Shown: positions 1-11,930 of the stretch, piece after piece
Layout: each line of letters starts with the position of its first letter
How positions within the stretch are numbered: position 1 is the first letter of the stretch
Source of the DNA: Squalus acanthias
Taxonomy: Eukaryota
Reading direction: 5' to 3'
Length of the DNA: 64,000 nucleotides
NCBI GenBank assembly: GCA_030390025.1
Contig: JASTWF010000323.1
Coordinates: 62,001-126,000, forward strand
Notes under the pieces: model-generated
The model's database searches: none
Told to the model about the DNA's origin: nothing
Seen by the model: only the letters and a program-made list of their open reading frames with translations
Program-made: the position numbers and the translations under genes

Positions 1-410
1 AGTTACTATTGAATATGCTTCCAGTGCCCTTTCAGGCAGTGCATTTCAGATCACAACAACTCGCTGTGTAAAGAAAACGTTTCCTCTGGTTCTTTTGTTA
101 ATCACTTTAAATCTGTGTCCTCTGTTCACTTACCATTCTGCCACTGGAAACAGATTGTCCTTATTCATTCTATCAAAACGATCCATGATTTTGAACACCT
201 CAATCAAATTTTTTCTCAATCTTCTCTGCTCTAAGGAGAAAAACTCCAGATTATCCAGTCTCTCCATAGAACTGAAGTCCCTCATCACTGGTACCATTCC
301 AGTAAACCTCCTCTGCACCCTCTCCGTGACATCCTTCCTAAAATGTGTTGCCCAGAATTGAACGCACTATTCCAGCTGAAGCTTAATTAGTGTTTTTTTT
401 TAAGTTTATC
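1..410 (-). mobile_element. CR1 LINE fragment (C-terminal part of ORF2)
   Basis: ORF 130..318(-) reads QRRFTGMVP..ERLDNLEFFSLEQRRLR, typical of the CR1 ORF2 C-terminus; decayed and cut by the window edge. Confidence 0.9.
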
Positions 411-1224
411 ACAACTAAACATCGAATGCTGATATTTCTGCGATGGATTTAAAGGGCGAGGTTAATCCACTCAGTTGGAAGTGTGAATGAGACCGTGAGC
501 TGAAAGAAGCGCACTTGGAGCCGAGAGCCTGGAACACGCAGTGTAACCGAGCATAAACACTCCTGCACAGACCAGACTTCACATTTTTCCCACTTGGCAC
601 AAAAGGCAGATATTAATTACAACAATTCATTTGATTTGATTTGAAATAGTTTAGTTAATAAATTGAATCATGTTTCTCTAATTGTATTTCCCAACTCAGA
701 TTGGAGGACTCATTTATGTTCTTCCAATGAGCACCTGAACCTCATCCGGCAACGTAATGTCTGCGACTGGTGAAGGATGGCCTTTGAAAACAACAGGAAG
801 AGAGCTCAGAGGCCGGGGGCCAAGGGAGCAGTGCGTTCTGCAACCAATCGCGGTTCTTGAGTCGGCCAGACAGTTGAGTCAGTGTGAACCCCTGTTAAAT
901 TATTTATCTTTTTAAAGTTAATTCAAGATTTCTTTTGTCAATGAAACAGTTTAACATTTTTCACTGCTGTGTTTTCATTGAGTTCTTAATGTGAGTTTCA
1001 GACACTTCAGTTTTAAATGGACTAAGTGTTGAAATGTCTTTAATTTTCCTCTTTCCATGTCGCTGTGAGTAAAATTACACAGATTGATTTCCCCTCATTA
1101 TGTATCAGTTTGTTATATTTAGAGGGACAATGCCTCACCTTTCTGCACCTTTAGGAGTTAAAGTAACATCCTTCCTGTTTGTAGTGAGTCACATTCTGTA
1201 CTGGGGGAGACAGCTGGAGCATTC

Positions 1225-1770
1225 AGCCTTCAAAATTCTTATCCTCTTGTTCAAAACCCTCCATGGCCTCATCCCTCCCTATCTCTGTGACCTCCTCCAT
1301 CCCTACAACTCTGTTAATAAGGATAAACTATTTAACTTGTCAGGAGGGTCGGTAACCAGAGGACACGGATTGAAGGTAATTGGAGAAAGAACCAGAAGCA
1401 ACACGATGGGAAAAAATTCACACAGCAAGTTGTTATGACCTGGAATTAACTGCCTGGAAGAGCGGTGGAAACAGATTCAAAGAAACTTTATAAAGGGAAT
1501 TGGGTAAATAATTGAATTGGAAAAAATTGCAGGGCTGAGTCTATGAACTGTGCACTCCTTCAACTCTTTCCTCTTGTGCAACCCCCACTGCCTTCGCTCC
1601 AGCATTGGCGGCCGTGCCTTCAGTTGCCGAGGCGCTAAAATCTCTGACCTGTTTCAATGTCTCCTTCTTTGGCTCAGTGTCAACGTTTGACTGATTCCGT
1701 TCTTGTGACGTGCCTGGGACGTTTTCCTACGCTGAAGGCGCTATGTAAATGTCAATTGCTGTTGCTGTGC
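1225..1770 (+). mobile_element. L2-type LINE 3' end interrupted by a CR1 fragment (~1311-1535)
   Basis: FKILILLFKTLHGLIPPYLCDLL is L2 ORF2 C-terminus-like; ends in ggcgctatgtaaatgtcaattgctgttgctg (L2-type tail); the middle part reads NKDKLF..SVTRGHGLKV (CR1). Confidence 0.7.
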
Positions 1771-1858
1771 TACCATTGGCTCAGCTTTGCCGGACAGAAT
1801 CAGCCAGGGACGGCGGTGGTGCTGCTCCCCATGATAGAAATGCTGCCAGCTCGCTTTA

Positions 1859-2599
1859 GAGGCTCACAGCTCAGAATTACCACTTGGCAAGGTACTGGAG
1901 GGCAAACAGTGACTGGGGCCGAAGCCCACCATCACAAAGCACCTTCAGTATAGGCTCACAGCTCAGAATTAGCACTTGGCAACGTACTGGAGGGCAAACA
2001 GTGACTGGGGCCGAACCCCACCATCTCACAGCAACTTCAGTATAGGCTCACAGCTCAGAATTACCGTTTGACAAGGTACTGGAGGGCAGAGAGTGACTGG
2101 GCTCGAACACCAAAATCACACAGCACCTTCAGTACAGGCTCAAAGCTCAGAATTACCACTTGGCAAGGTACTGGAGGGCAAAAAGTGACTGGGGCCGAAC
2201 CCTACCAGAATGCAGCACCTTCAGTACAGGCTCACAGCTCAAAATTACCAATTAGCAAGGTACTGGAGGGCAAACAGTGACTGGGGCCGGCCAACACTAT
2301 CACGCAGCACGTTCACTATAGGCTCACAGCTCCGAATTACTATTTGGCAAGGTACTGGAGGGCAAAGATTGACTGGGGCCGAAGCCCACCATCACACAGC
2401 ACCTTCAGTATAGGCTCACAGCTCAGAATTACCACTTGGCAAGGTCAGGCGGGCAAACAGTGACTGGGGCCGAAACCCCCCAGAATACAGAACCTTCAGT
2501 ATAGGATCACAGCCCTAATTGCCACTTGGGAAGTTACAGGAGGGCGATCATCGACTGGGGTTAAAGCCGTCACATCACGCAGCACCTTCAGTATAGGCT
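1859..2599. repeat. Tandem repeat, 92-bp unit, 8 copies
   Basis: Unit taggctcacagctcagaattaccacttggcaaggtactggagggc...gcaccttcagta starts at 1859, 1951, 2043, 2135, 2227, 2319, 2411 and 2502, with a partial copy at 2594. Confidence 0.95.
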
Positions 2600-2767
2600 G
2601 GTGCAATTATACAACAGACATTCCCTCTCCAGAAGAAGAAGATCCTGTAGCCGCTCTTTTCAATCGTGTTCCACAGACTCGTTCTTCAGTCCCGCAGGAA
2701 CGGGCTTCGGCGCCTGAGCACTGCAACTCGCTACATTTAGAATGCGAACGGCTGCCGAAAGCTGATC

Positions 2768-2815
2768 CTGGGCGGGGAATCGTGGCAGATGGCAATGCCC
2801 TTATAAAGAGCGGCT
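2768..2815 (+). promoter_or_regulatory. Candidate Pol II core promoter (GC box + TATA box)
   Basis: TGGGCGGGG at ~2768-2777 and TATAAAG at 2802-2808 in a CpG-rich unique patch; motif match only. Confidence 0.3.
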
Positions 2816-2844
2816 GCGCACTGAACCCGCTACGGGCCTGAGCC

Positions 2845-4080
2845 TGAGGGAGGAAGAGGGCGGAAAGAGAGAGAGGGAGAGAGAGAATGGGGGAGAGAGA
2901 GAGTGGCTAATAGAGAGAGAGAGTGGGTGAGAGATAGAGTCTGGGGGTAAGAGAGAGAGAGAGGGAGGGTGAGAGAAAGTGGGTGACAGAGATAGACTGG
3001 GATGAGCGCGAGTGGGCGAGAGAGATAGAGACTGGGGAGAGAGACAGTGGGTGAGAGAGAAAGACTGGGGGAGTGAGAAAAGAGTGGATGAGAGAGAGAG
3101 TGAGCGAGAGATTGGTTGAGAGAGTGGGTGAGATAGATTCTGGGGGAGAGAGAGAGAGGGGGAGAGAGAGGGGGAGAGAGAGACTGGGGCCAGAGAGAGA
3201 GATTGGCAGAGAGAGAATGGGCGAGAGAGTGTGGGTGAGAGAGAGACTGGGGGAGAGATAGAAAGACTGTGGGGTGAGAAAGAGAGATAGACTGAGAGAG
3301 AGAAAGGGGAGATTGAGAGAGTGGGGAGAGAGTGAGAGAGTAGGGTGAGAGAGAGAGACTGGGGGAGAGAGAGATAGACTGGGACAGAGAGCGAAGGCAA
3401 GAGAGACTGGGTTGAGAGTGAGACTTGGGGAGAGAGTGAGTGTGGTAGAGAGAGAATGGGGCAGAGAGAGGGACTGGTGTGTGTGAGAGAATGGTGGAGA
3501 GAGGGTTTACTGTGGAGAGAGATACAGAGGCTGGAGAGAGAGAGTCAAGGGAGATGAGACTAGGGGGAGCGAGAGAATGGTCAGAGAGAGCGAGCGACTG
3601 GTCAGAGAGTGAGCGAGAGAGATTGGAGAGAGAGACACTGGAGGAGAGACTTGGGAGAGAGAGACAGTGGGAGATACTTGGGAGAGAGAGAGACAGTGAG
3701 ACATACTTGGGAGAGAGATGGGGAGAGAGAGAGACTGGGGAGTGAGAGAGAGAGAGACTGGGGAGAGAAAGAGACTGGGAGAGAGGGAGAGATTGGGGGG
3801 GAGAGAGAAAGACTGGGGAGAGAGAGACTGGGAAGAGAGAGAGACTGGGGAGAGAGAGAGACTGGGGAGAGAGACTTAGTGAGAGGGAGAGAATCTGGGG
3901 AGAGAGACTGGGGCGAGAGGGAGAGAGACTCGGGAGAGAGACGAGGGTGAGAAGGAGAGAGACTCGGGAGAGATAGATAGACTGGAGCAGAGAAAGACTG
4001 GGGTGGAGAGAGACTGGAGAGAGAGGGAGAGAGACTGGAGAGAGAGGGAGAGAGACTGGGGAAGAGAGAGAGAGAGAATG
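2845..4080. repeat. GA-rich polypurine simple repeat with GAGAGACTGGG motif
   Basis: Degenerate (GA)n with recurrent gagagactgggg; produces the spurious Ser/Leu and Glu/Arg ORFs. Confidence 0.95.
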
Positions 4081-4469
4081 GGTAGAAATATTCCCTTTGC
4101 TTCGTACAATAGCGTTAAAACAATCTTTAACATCTACCGACAGTGCCTCATTTAAAAATATCTTCTAAAACCTGCAGGCAAGTTATCACTCAGGATTTCA
4201 ATGAGCTGGGACACGAAGGGCATTCAGTTCATTGTGAACAGATTAGTGGAGCTGGAGTCTGATGTGGGCACCTTCATTATCACAAGAGCACAAATAGGAA
4301 AACATTGTCATGAAAAGTTTCCATGGAAGAGGGAAACATTTCTGCTCATTTCACAGCATATACTGGATTTCAAATGTTTAAATAAAGAGAGGAAATCTCT
4401 CTCATGAACCGACACTGATTCTCTGCTGCTCCTTTTGCTTCGATGTTTTTTGTAGAGCGAGCCAGCAAA

Positions 4470-4494
4470 ACAAAGAGACAGAGAGTTATAAACT

Positions 4495-4528
<34 letters not shown>

Positions 4529-5215
4529 ATGACAGAGAGAGGAAGAGAGAGACCGACAGGGACAGAGACAGAGAGTGAGAGAGCGAGAGGCAAGCACAGA
4601 GGGAGATCGAGAGAGCGACAGCGACGGAGGAAGATAGACCGAAAGACAGGTTCCGAGGGAGATAGAGTGAGAGACAGAGACAGTGAAAGAGTCAGAGGGA
4701 GAGAGAGCGAGAGACAGGGTCATAGGGAGATAGATAGAGAAAGACAGACATAGGGATATAGAGAGAAAGACAGGGACAGAAGGAAATATATATATATATA
4801 ATATATATGTGTATATATAAAGAGAGAGAGAGAGAGTCCGAGGGAAATAGAGAGAGAGAGAGAGACAATGACAGAGGGAGATAGAGAAAGAGACAAGGAA
4901 AGAGGGAGATAGAGAGAATTAGGGTCCGAGGGAGATAGAGAGAGAGAGAAAATGACAGAGGGAGATAGAGAAAGGCAGAGACAGGTACAGGGGGAGAAAG
5001 AGCGAGAGATAGGGGTGAGAGAGATAGAGACGGTGAGAGAGAGAAAGTGAGAGACAGCGACAGATAGAGTTCGAGAGAGGGACAGAGGAAGATAGAGAGA
5101 GAGACAATGGGAGATGGAGATAGAGATAGGGAGAGAGGGCGATAGAGAGTGAAACAGCGGGAGAGAGGGACAGAGAGAGTTAGCGAGGGACACAGCGAGA
5201 AAGAGAGAGGGCTGA
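4470..5215. repeat. GA-rich simple repeat with a short (TA)n
   Basis: Degenerate (GA)n/GATA/GACA; (TA)n at ~4786-4819. Confidence 0.9.
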
Positions 5216-6207
5216 GGGTCCAGGCGCGTATAGTCTGTTCCCGGGGATTGAGCGCTGGCCGCACTTTGGAACAACACAGGTGGAGACGCAGCACATGTAC
5301 AATGGCCGGTGGAAGGGGGCGAATGCAGACAATTTTTAGGCCTCCGGTGAATTTTTTTATTTATTCGATTAACCGTTTAAAGCCGGAAAAAATTCTGCAA
5401 AGTGATATTGAATGTCGCGCGGTAAGTTCCAGTTAAATTTTGCCAGATGTTGTCACATTTTTGAAAGAGTTTATTAGGGTTATTTAAATCGTGTTATGAG
5501 ACAGGAGGCAAAGTTTGTGTCCCTGCTTGAACCTCAGAGCCTGTGAGAGACGGAGGGAACGGCAGCAGAAAAAGAGGAAACAACTTCTCTAAAACTGATC
5601 CCAAATCATCGCAAAGGCTGGGGAAAGATAACGGCACCGCCTACTTAGAAAGTTTAACCACTTTATTTACTTTCTTATTTGAGCTCCGTTTGGAATTAGA
5701 GGTTATATTATTTTTTTGTTGCATGTTTACCGACAGCATTGAAAAAGGAAAGAGAAACTTGGAGCAATTTCTTCTGTCAATGCTGCAATGAGACGTGAAA
5801 GAATTTAATAATTTTAATGAATTTTGCGCAAAACATGAACGTTAGAAACACTTCTGTCCTAAGTTTCTGGTATGATTTTGGAATAAACAAGCAAAAATCA
5901 ATTTCTCCCTCATCTAAACAAGTTTCAACCTGGTCTTGATGTCCAAACGCCCTTAAGGAGGCTTTGAATTGTTGAAAACGTTTAAAATTGAAATTTCTCA
6001 ATAGTTGATTTTGAAGAGATCGACTGAAGTGAGTAGCTTCACACAAACATGCAACCATGCTGTTCAGGAGGGCGAGGGCATGGGAGGATTTGTAGGAGTT
6101 ACATATTACTTTTTATTGAGTTTATATAAAATATCATTAAGACGCTTAGGAAGAGAATCAAGAAAGAGGAAAAATACAAAACATTTTATTTTAAATAAGA
6201 TGAAAAA

Positions 6208-6546
6208 AGAAAATGCTGGAACTGCGCAGCATGTCAGGCAGCATCTGTGGAGAGAGAAAGCGAGTTACCGTGTCAGGTCTGTGACTTTTCGTCAGGACTG
6301 GAAAATGTGAGAGATATAACAGATTTTCACCAGATGCAGAGGCAGGGAAAGGAGGGCGGCGAGGACAGAACAAAAGGGACGGTCGGTGATATGGTGGAAG
6401 GCAGGAGTGGTTGAATTCTGCCTCTGCACCTGGTTAACATCTGTTACATCTTTAACTGTTTCCAGCTCTGGCGCAAGGTCCCAGATCTGAAAGGTTAACC
6501 CTGTTTCTCCCTCTCTCCACAGATTCAGTCTGACCTGCTGAGTATC
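6208..6546. mobile_element. Penelope-like element termini in inverted arrangement
   Basis: ~6210-6345 is an imperfect reverse complement of ~6418-6546; each arm carries a decayed CTGACGA..GAAAC hammerhead-like core; same family at 55460-55632. Confidence 0.65.
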
Positions 6547-6556
6547 ATAGTAATCT

Positions 6557-7935
6557 TAGTAACTACAGGCCGGTCAGTTTAAAATCAGCGGTGGGTCAAC
6601 AATAATTCAAGTAAAAATTAACGGTCACTTGGAGAGATTAAAGCTAACTAAGGAGAGCCAACAACCATTTGTAAAAAGCAGATCGAGTTTGAATAATCGA
6701 ATTGCATTGTTTAATGTAGTAACAGGGAGGATTGAGGAAGGGATTGCAATGCATGTTGTCTACATGGCTTTTCGAAGGCGTTTAACAAAGTAGCACATAG
6801 AAGGCTGGTTAACAAAATTGAGGCTCATGGAATAGGTGGTCCAGGTGCAGCTTGGATAAGGAATTGCCTTAAGGACAGAAAACAGCGAGTTGTGGTCAAT
6901 GTCTGTTTTTCAGACTGGAGGATGGTAGGCAGTAGTGTTCCACAAGGGTAAGTGCTGGGGCCACTGCTTTATTTGATATATATAAATGACCTGGATATTG
7001 GAATACAGAGTAGAATTTCTAAATTTGCCGATGACACCAAACTTGGGGATGTGTCAATCAGTGAGGATGCTACGAATCGACTGCAACAGGACACAGGAAG
7101 GCTAGCAGAATGGGCAGATGGAATTTAATACAGAGAAGTGTGAGGTGATGCATTTTGGCAGACGGAACAGGGATAGGCAATATACACATAATGGCACGGT
7201 TTTAAAGAGTGTGCCGAGACAGAGGGAACTGGGAGTTAATGTGCATAGTTCCTCTGAAGATGGCGGGTTATATTGAGAGAGTGTTTAGCAAAGCATATGG
7301 GATCTTGGGCTTCATAAATAGAGGTATTGAGTACAAAAGTAGATAAGTTCTGCTGAACATTTATAAAGGGCTGGTTAGGCCACAACTGGTGTATTGTGTC
7401 CAGTTCTGGTCACCACACTTTAGGAAGGATGTGAATGCACTTGAGAGGGTGCAGAGGAGATTTAACAGAATGGTTCCGGGGATGGGGGATCTTACCTACA
7501 ATGACAGGTTGGAGAAGCTGGATTTGTTTTCATTAGAGCAAAGGAGGTTGAGGGGTGATTTGATAGAGGTGTACAAGATTATGAGGGGTTTGGATAGGCT
7601 GGACGGGGAAAGGCTGTTACCACTAGTTGGCGGTACAAGGTCTAGGGGACTAAGATTTAAGGTTTTGGGAAAGAGATACAGGGGCGACGTGAGGAAAAAG
7701 CATTTTACGCAGCGAGTGGTGAGGACCTGGATCTCGCTGCCGTTGGAAGTGGTGGAAGCGGAGCCACTCAATATTTTCAAGGGGAGACTGGATAGGCACT
7801 TGAAGGAAATAAACTTGCATTGCTACGGGGAAAGAACATGAGAATGGGACTAACTGGATTGCTCTATAGAGAGCTGGCATCGACTCGATCGGCCGAATTG
7901 CCTCATTTTGTGCCGTTATGACTCTCTGACTCTAT
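6557..7935 (+). mobile_element. 5'-truncated CR1 LINE (RT to 3' tail)
   Basis: KFADDTKLG at ~7021; ORF 7389..7841 [14 protein letters not shown]..; tail ttatgactctctgactctatg. Confidence 0.95.
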
Positions 7936-8039
7936 GGGATGTGGGCGTAGCTGGCTAGACCAGCCTTTATTGTCCATCCCTATTGCCCTTGAGAATGTCG
8001 TGATGAGCTGTCTTTTTAACAGCTGCAGTCCGTTTGATG

Positions 8040-8262
8040 ACAGATAGAGGAGAGATAGATGGAGATAGAGAGTGAGGAGAGATTATTAGATATAGATGGG
8101 AGGGAGAGAGGGTGACAGAGATAGAGGAGTGATAGACGGAGGTATTGAGAGAGGAGAGATTATTAGATATAGATAGGGAGAGAGAGGAGTTGACAGAGAT
8201 AGAGGAGAATTAGATGATAGCAGACAAAAGTTGAGTGAGAAGCAGATTATAGACAGAGGGAG
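8040..8262. repeat. GA/GATA-rich low-complexity tract
   Basis: Direct inspection. Confidence 0.8.
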
Positions 8263-8594
8263 ATGTCTTTCCCTCTTTGTTCCTTAAATTCCTATGTGCT
8301 GTGGGCCCTTTGAGCAGTTAATGATCCTTTGACAGAATGTGTTTTAATACTGTGTGTGATCCCAGATCTTTTATCTCCAATAATGGCACAAAGCTGAGCA
8401 GCTGTTGACAACTAAACAGAAGCTGCTTTTTGGAAGGTCGATAGAGTTGTTCCAGGAAGAAAGTGGATTAACTTAAATGCATTGGGAAGACAAAAGCAGG
8501 AATTAATATCTCGGCACTGATCCGACAGGGAGACTGCAGCACCGAATCCCAGGGAGGGGTATCACTGAAAGAGGGGAGGCAGTGATCGTTGGGT

Positions 8595-8981
8595 AAGGCC
8601 CAGGCTCCATAGCGGCCTGTGCTGAGTTACCCTGATCTTACACCCGGTGTTGTACTGAATCCCGCACACACACAGAGCAGGAAAGTTCTAGGTTCCACCC
8701 CGGCCTGTGCTGAGTTAGCCTGATCTCACACCCGGTGTAGGACTGAGCCACTCCCGCCACACCCCGCCCCCCCCCCCCCGCCCCCCACCCACACACACAC
8801 ACAGAGCAGAAAAGGCCCAGTCTCTATCGCCTCTATGTGCTGAACTAGCCTGGTCTCACCCGGTGTGGTACTGCGCCCCACGCACACTCACATAAGAGGA
8901 AAGGCCTTGGTTCCATGTGCTGCCTGTGCTGAGTTTGCTGATCTCACCTGGTGTGGGACTGAGCCCCACACACACAGAGAA
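8595..8981. repeat. Tandem repeat, ~88-bp unit, 4 copies (one lengthened by poly-C and CA runs)
   Basis: ggcctgtgctgagttagcctgatctcacacccggtgt..actgagcc..cacacacagag recurs at ~8595, 8683, 8812 and 8901. Confidence 0.85.
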
Positions 8982-9440
8982 TGGGACAGTGTAGAGGAAG
9001 CTTTACTCTGTATCCAATCCATGCTGTATCTGCAATAGGAGTGTTTGATGGGACAGTGTAGAGGGAGCTTCACGCTGTATTTAACACGTGCTGTACCTGC
9101 CTGGGAGTGTTTGATGGGACAGTGTAGAGGGAGCTTCACTCGGTATCTTACCCTTGCTGTACCTGCCCCGGGAGTGTTTGATGGGACAATGTAGAGAGAG
9201 CTTTACTCTGTTTCTAACCCGTGCTGTACCTGCCCCGGGAGTGTTTGTTGTGACAGTGTAGAGGGAGCTTTACTCGGTATCTAACCCGTGCTGTACCTGC
9301 CCCTGGAGTGCTGGATGGGACAGTGTAGAGGGAGTATATCTCGGTATCTAACCCGTGCTGTACCTGCCCTGGCAGTGTTTGATGGGACAGTGTAGCGGGA
9401 GCTTTACTCGGTATCGAACCAGTGCTGTACCTGCCGGGGA
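8982..9440 (-). repeat. 67-bp satellite, ~7 copies, reverse orientation
   Basis: gggacagtgtagagggagctttactctgtatctaacccgtgctgtacctgccctgggagtgtttgat repeated; reverse complement of the arrays beyond 39 kb. Confidence 0.95.
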
Positions 9441-9671
9441 GCAGTTTAAACTAAGATGGTTGCCTTTCCCCATGCCTCACATGCCTGAGCATTAAACTCA
9501 GAGACAGTGTTTGTGTTGGTCAGTCTTGTAATTAGAAAACTCATTCTGATAATCCTTGAATGTTCTGTCTCTCCCTGGGGTCTGAGTTCCTCAGGCAGTT
9601 TCTTCACGGGTCAGTGTTGAGTGTTGCTATTTAACCACGGGAGGTGTCATGGTCCGTCTTCATCGTGCTTT

Positions 9672-9770
9672 CCGCTTCCATATCATCGGCCGCCTCCGCC
9701 CCTGCCTGAGCTCATTTGCTGCTGAATCCCTCATCCATGCCTTTGCTATCTCTGGACACGATATTCTGAT
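9672..9770 (+). mobile_element. L2 ORF2 fragment
   Basis: Translates as RLRPCLSSFAAESLIHAFAISGHDI, similar to the L2 motif RLRP.L....AE.LIHAF..SRLDY. Confidence 0.6.
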
Positions 9771-9871
9771 AACAAATTGATATAAATAATGTAATAGGAA
9801 TAACATCAATTATTTTTAATTCTCTGTTAAATCCCCTGTGATCAGAGCGGGGCGTCATGCTCCGCTAAACA

Positions 9872-10180
9872 AATTACATACAATGTACAGCAGAGACACA
9901 GGTCATTCAGCAAAACTGCTACAAGCCCACGTTTATGCTCCTCAGGAACCTCCTCCCACTCCTCTTTATCTCACCTTAACAGCCAGCACTTCTATTCCTT
10001 TCTCCCTCTTGTGTTTATCTCGCTTCCCCTTAAATGGAGCAATGCTATTCACCACAACTACTCCCTGTAGTAGCGACTTCTACATTCTCACCACTCTCTG
10101 GTTGCAGAAGTTTCTCATTAATTCCTTATTGGGTTTATTGGGGACTGTCTTATATTCATGGCCCCTACTTTTGGTCTCAT
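9872..10180 (-). mobile_element. CR1 3' end fragment
   Basis: Similar to the 3' end of the CR1 starting at 14042. Confidence 0.75.
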
Positions 10181-10382
10181 AATTATATAATTATTTCAGT
10201 TTTTGCAATCTAAATTTATAAAATTGTCAGCACACCTTGTCTCATCAGCACATTGTGTTTGATTTTCCGCTGTCCCCTTTATCCGAGTACAAGTAACGAT
10301 TAGAATCTGGCTCAAAAACTGCAGAGCTTCGATTCTGCACATGAGACAAGGACTCAACGGTTTCTGTTATCACAGAAATATC

Positions 10383-11830
10383 GAATCATAGAGCACAGAA
10401 GGAGGCCATTCAGTCCATCGAGCCTGTGCCGCCTCTTTGAAAGAGTTATTCAATTATCCCCACTCCCCTGTTCCTTTCCCAAAGCTCTGTAAATCCCTCA
10501 CTTTCAGTATTGGTCCCGTTCCCTTTTGAAAGTTATTATTGAATCTGCTTCTATCACCTTTTCAGGCAGTGAATTCCAGATCGTAACAACTCGCTGCAGA
10601 CAATAAATTCTCCTCATATTCTGCTCTTTTGCCTATTATCTTCAATCTGTATCTTCTGGTTACCAACCCTTCCGCCTCTGGAAACAGTTTCTCATTATTT
10701 ACTCCATCCAAATCCTTGAGCAAATCTATTAAATTCCCAACTTAACCTTCTCTGCTCGAAGGGGAAAAATCTCAGCTTCTCCAGACTCTCCATATAACTG
10801 AAACCCCTTATCTCTGGTACCATTCTGGTAATTCTCCTCTGCGCCATGCCAAGGCCTTGACATCCTTCATAATGTGTGATGCCAAGAATTGGACACAATA
10901 CTCCAGCTCAGGCCTAACAAGTAATTTATATAGGTTTAGCATAACTTCCTTGCTTTTGTACTCTGTGCCTCTATTTATAAAGCCATAGATCTTGTATGCG
11001 TTTTTACCAGCTTTATCAATGTGTCCTGCCACCTTCAATGATTTGTGCACATAAACTCGCAGGTCTCTCTGTACCTGCACCCCATTTAAAATTGTACCAT
11101 TTAGTTTATATTGCCTCTCCTCATTTTTCCTCCCAAAGTTTATCACGTCACATTTCTCTGTGTTAAATTGTATCTGCCATTTCACCAGTCTGTGTGTGCT
11201 GCTCAAGTCCACTACTGTCCTCACTGTTTACGACATTTCTCAGTTTAGTTGCATCTCCAAACTTTGAAATAATACCTTCAGACATAAGTCCAGGCCTTTA
11301 ATGTCTATCAGAAAGAGCATTGGCCCTAATATCAATCATTGGGAAAAGCAATGTATACTTCCCTTCCTTTTGAAATCAGCTGTTCCCCACTCTGTTAACT
11401 ATCCCTTAGCCAATGTCGTATCCACGCAGCCACAGCCCCTTTAATCCAATGGGTTTCCGTTTCCCTTACAAGTCTATTAAATGACACTTTATCAAAAGCC
11501 TTTTGGAAGTCCAAATACGCAACATCAACTGCACTACGCTCATCAACCATTTCTGTTACTTCATCAAATAACTCAATCAAGTTTGCAAGATACACTTAGA
11601 CTTTACAACAATTTGTGCTGGTTGTCATTTATTAATCCATGTTTTTCCAAGTGACAGATAATTTTGTCCCAGCATATGGCATCTCGAAGTTTCCCCCCAT
11701 CGTCGTTAGGCTGACTGGCCTGTAGTTACAGGGTTTATCCCTCTCTCCTTTTTTAAACAGGTGTAACATTTGCAAACCTCCAGTCCTCTGAGAACACTCT
11801 CATATCCAAGGAGGATTGAATTATGTTGGC
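10383..11830 (-). mobile_element. 5'-truncated CR1 LINE
   Basis: ORFs with YLDFQKAFDKV (11395..11595) and LVRPELEYCVQF (10808..11224); tail at ~10383. Confidence 0.92.
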
Positions 11831-11930
11831 CAGAGCCTCCTCTTTTTCCACAATTCCTTCCCTCATACATCACATCCGGACCGGGGAAATGTTCCACTTT
11901 ACTGTGGTACAAAAATGTTGGACTATAAGG

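Noticed and set aside
1859..2599. CRISPR-like array (conserved part plus variable part)
   Set aside because: The variable parts are homologous to each other rather than unique spacers; vertebrate context and no cas genes. The same applies to the 51- and 67-bp arrays
2645..2670. Histone 3' stem-loop-like gctcttttca
   Set aside because: The second arm (gagcc) is absent and there is no histone ORF
2801..5294. Long ORFs of 113-200 aa (Ser/Leu-rich or Glu/Arg-rich)
   Set aside because: Translations of GA/TC simple repeats
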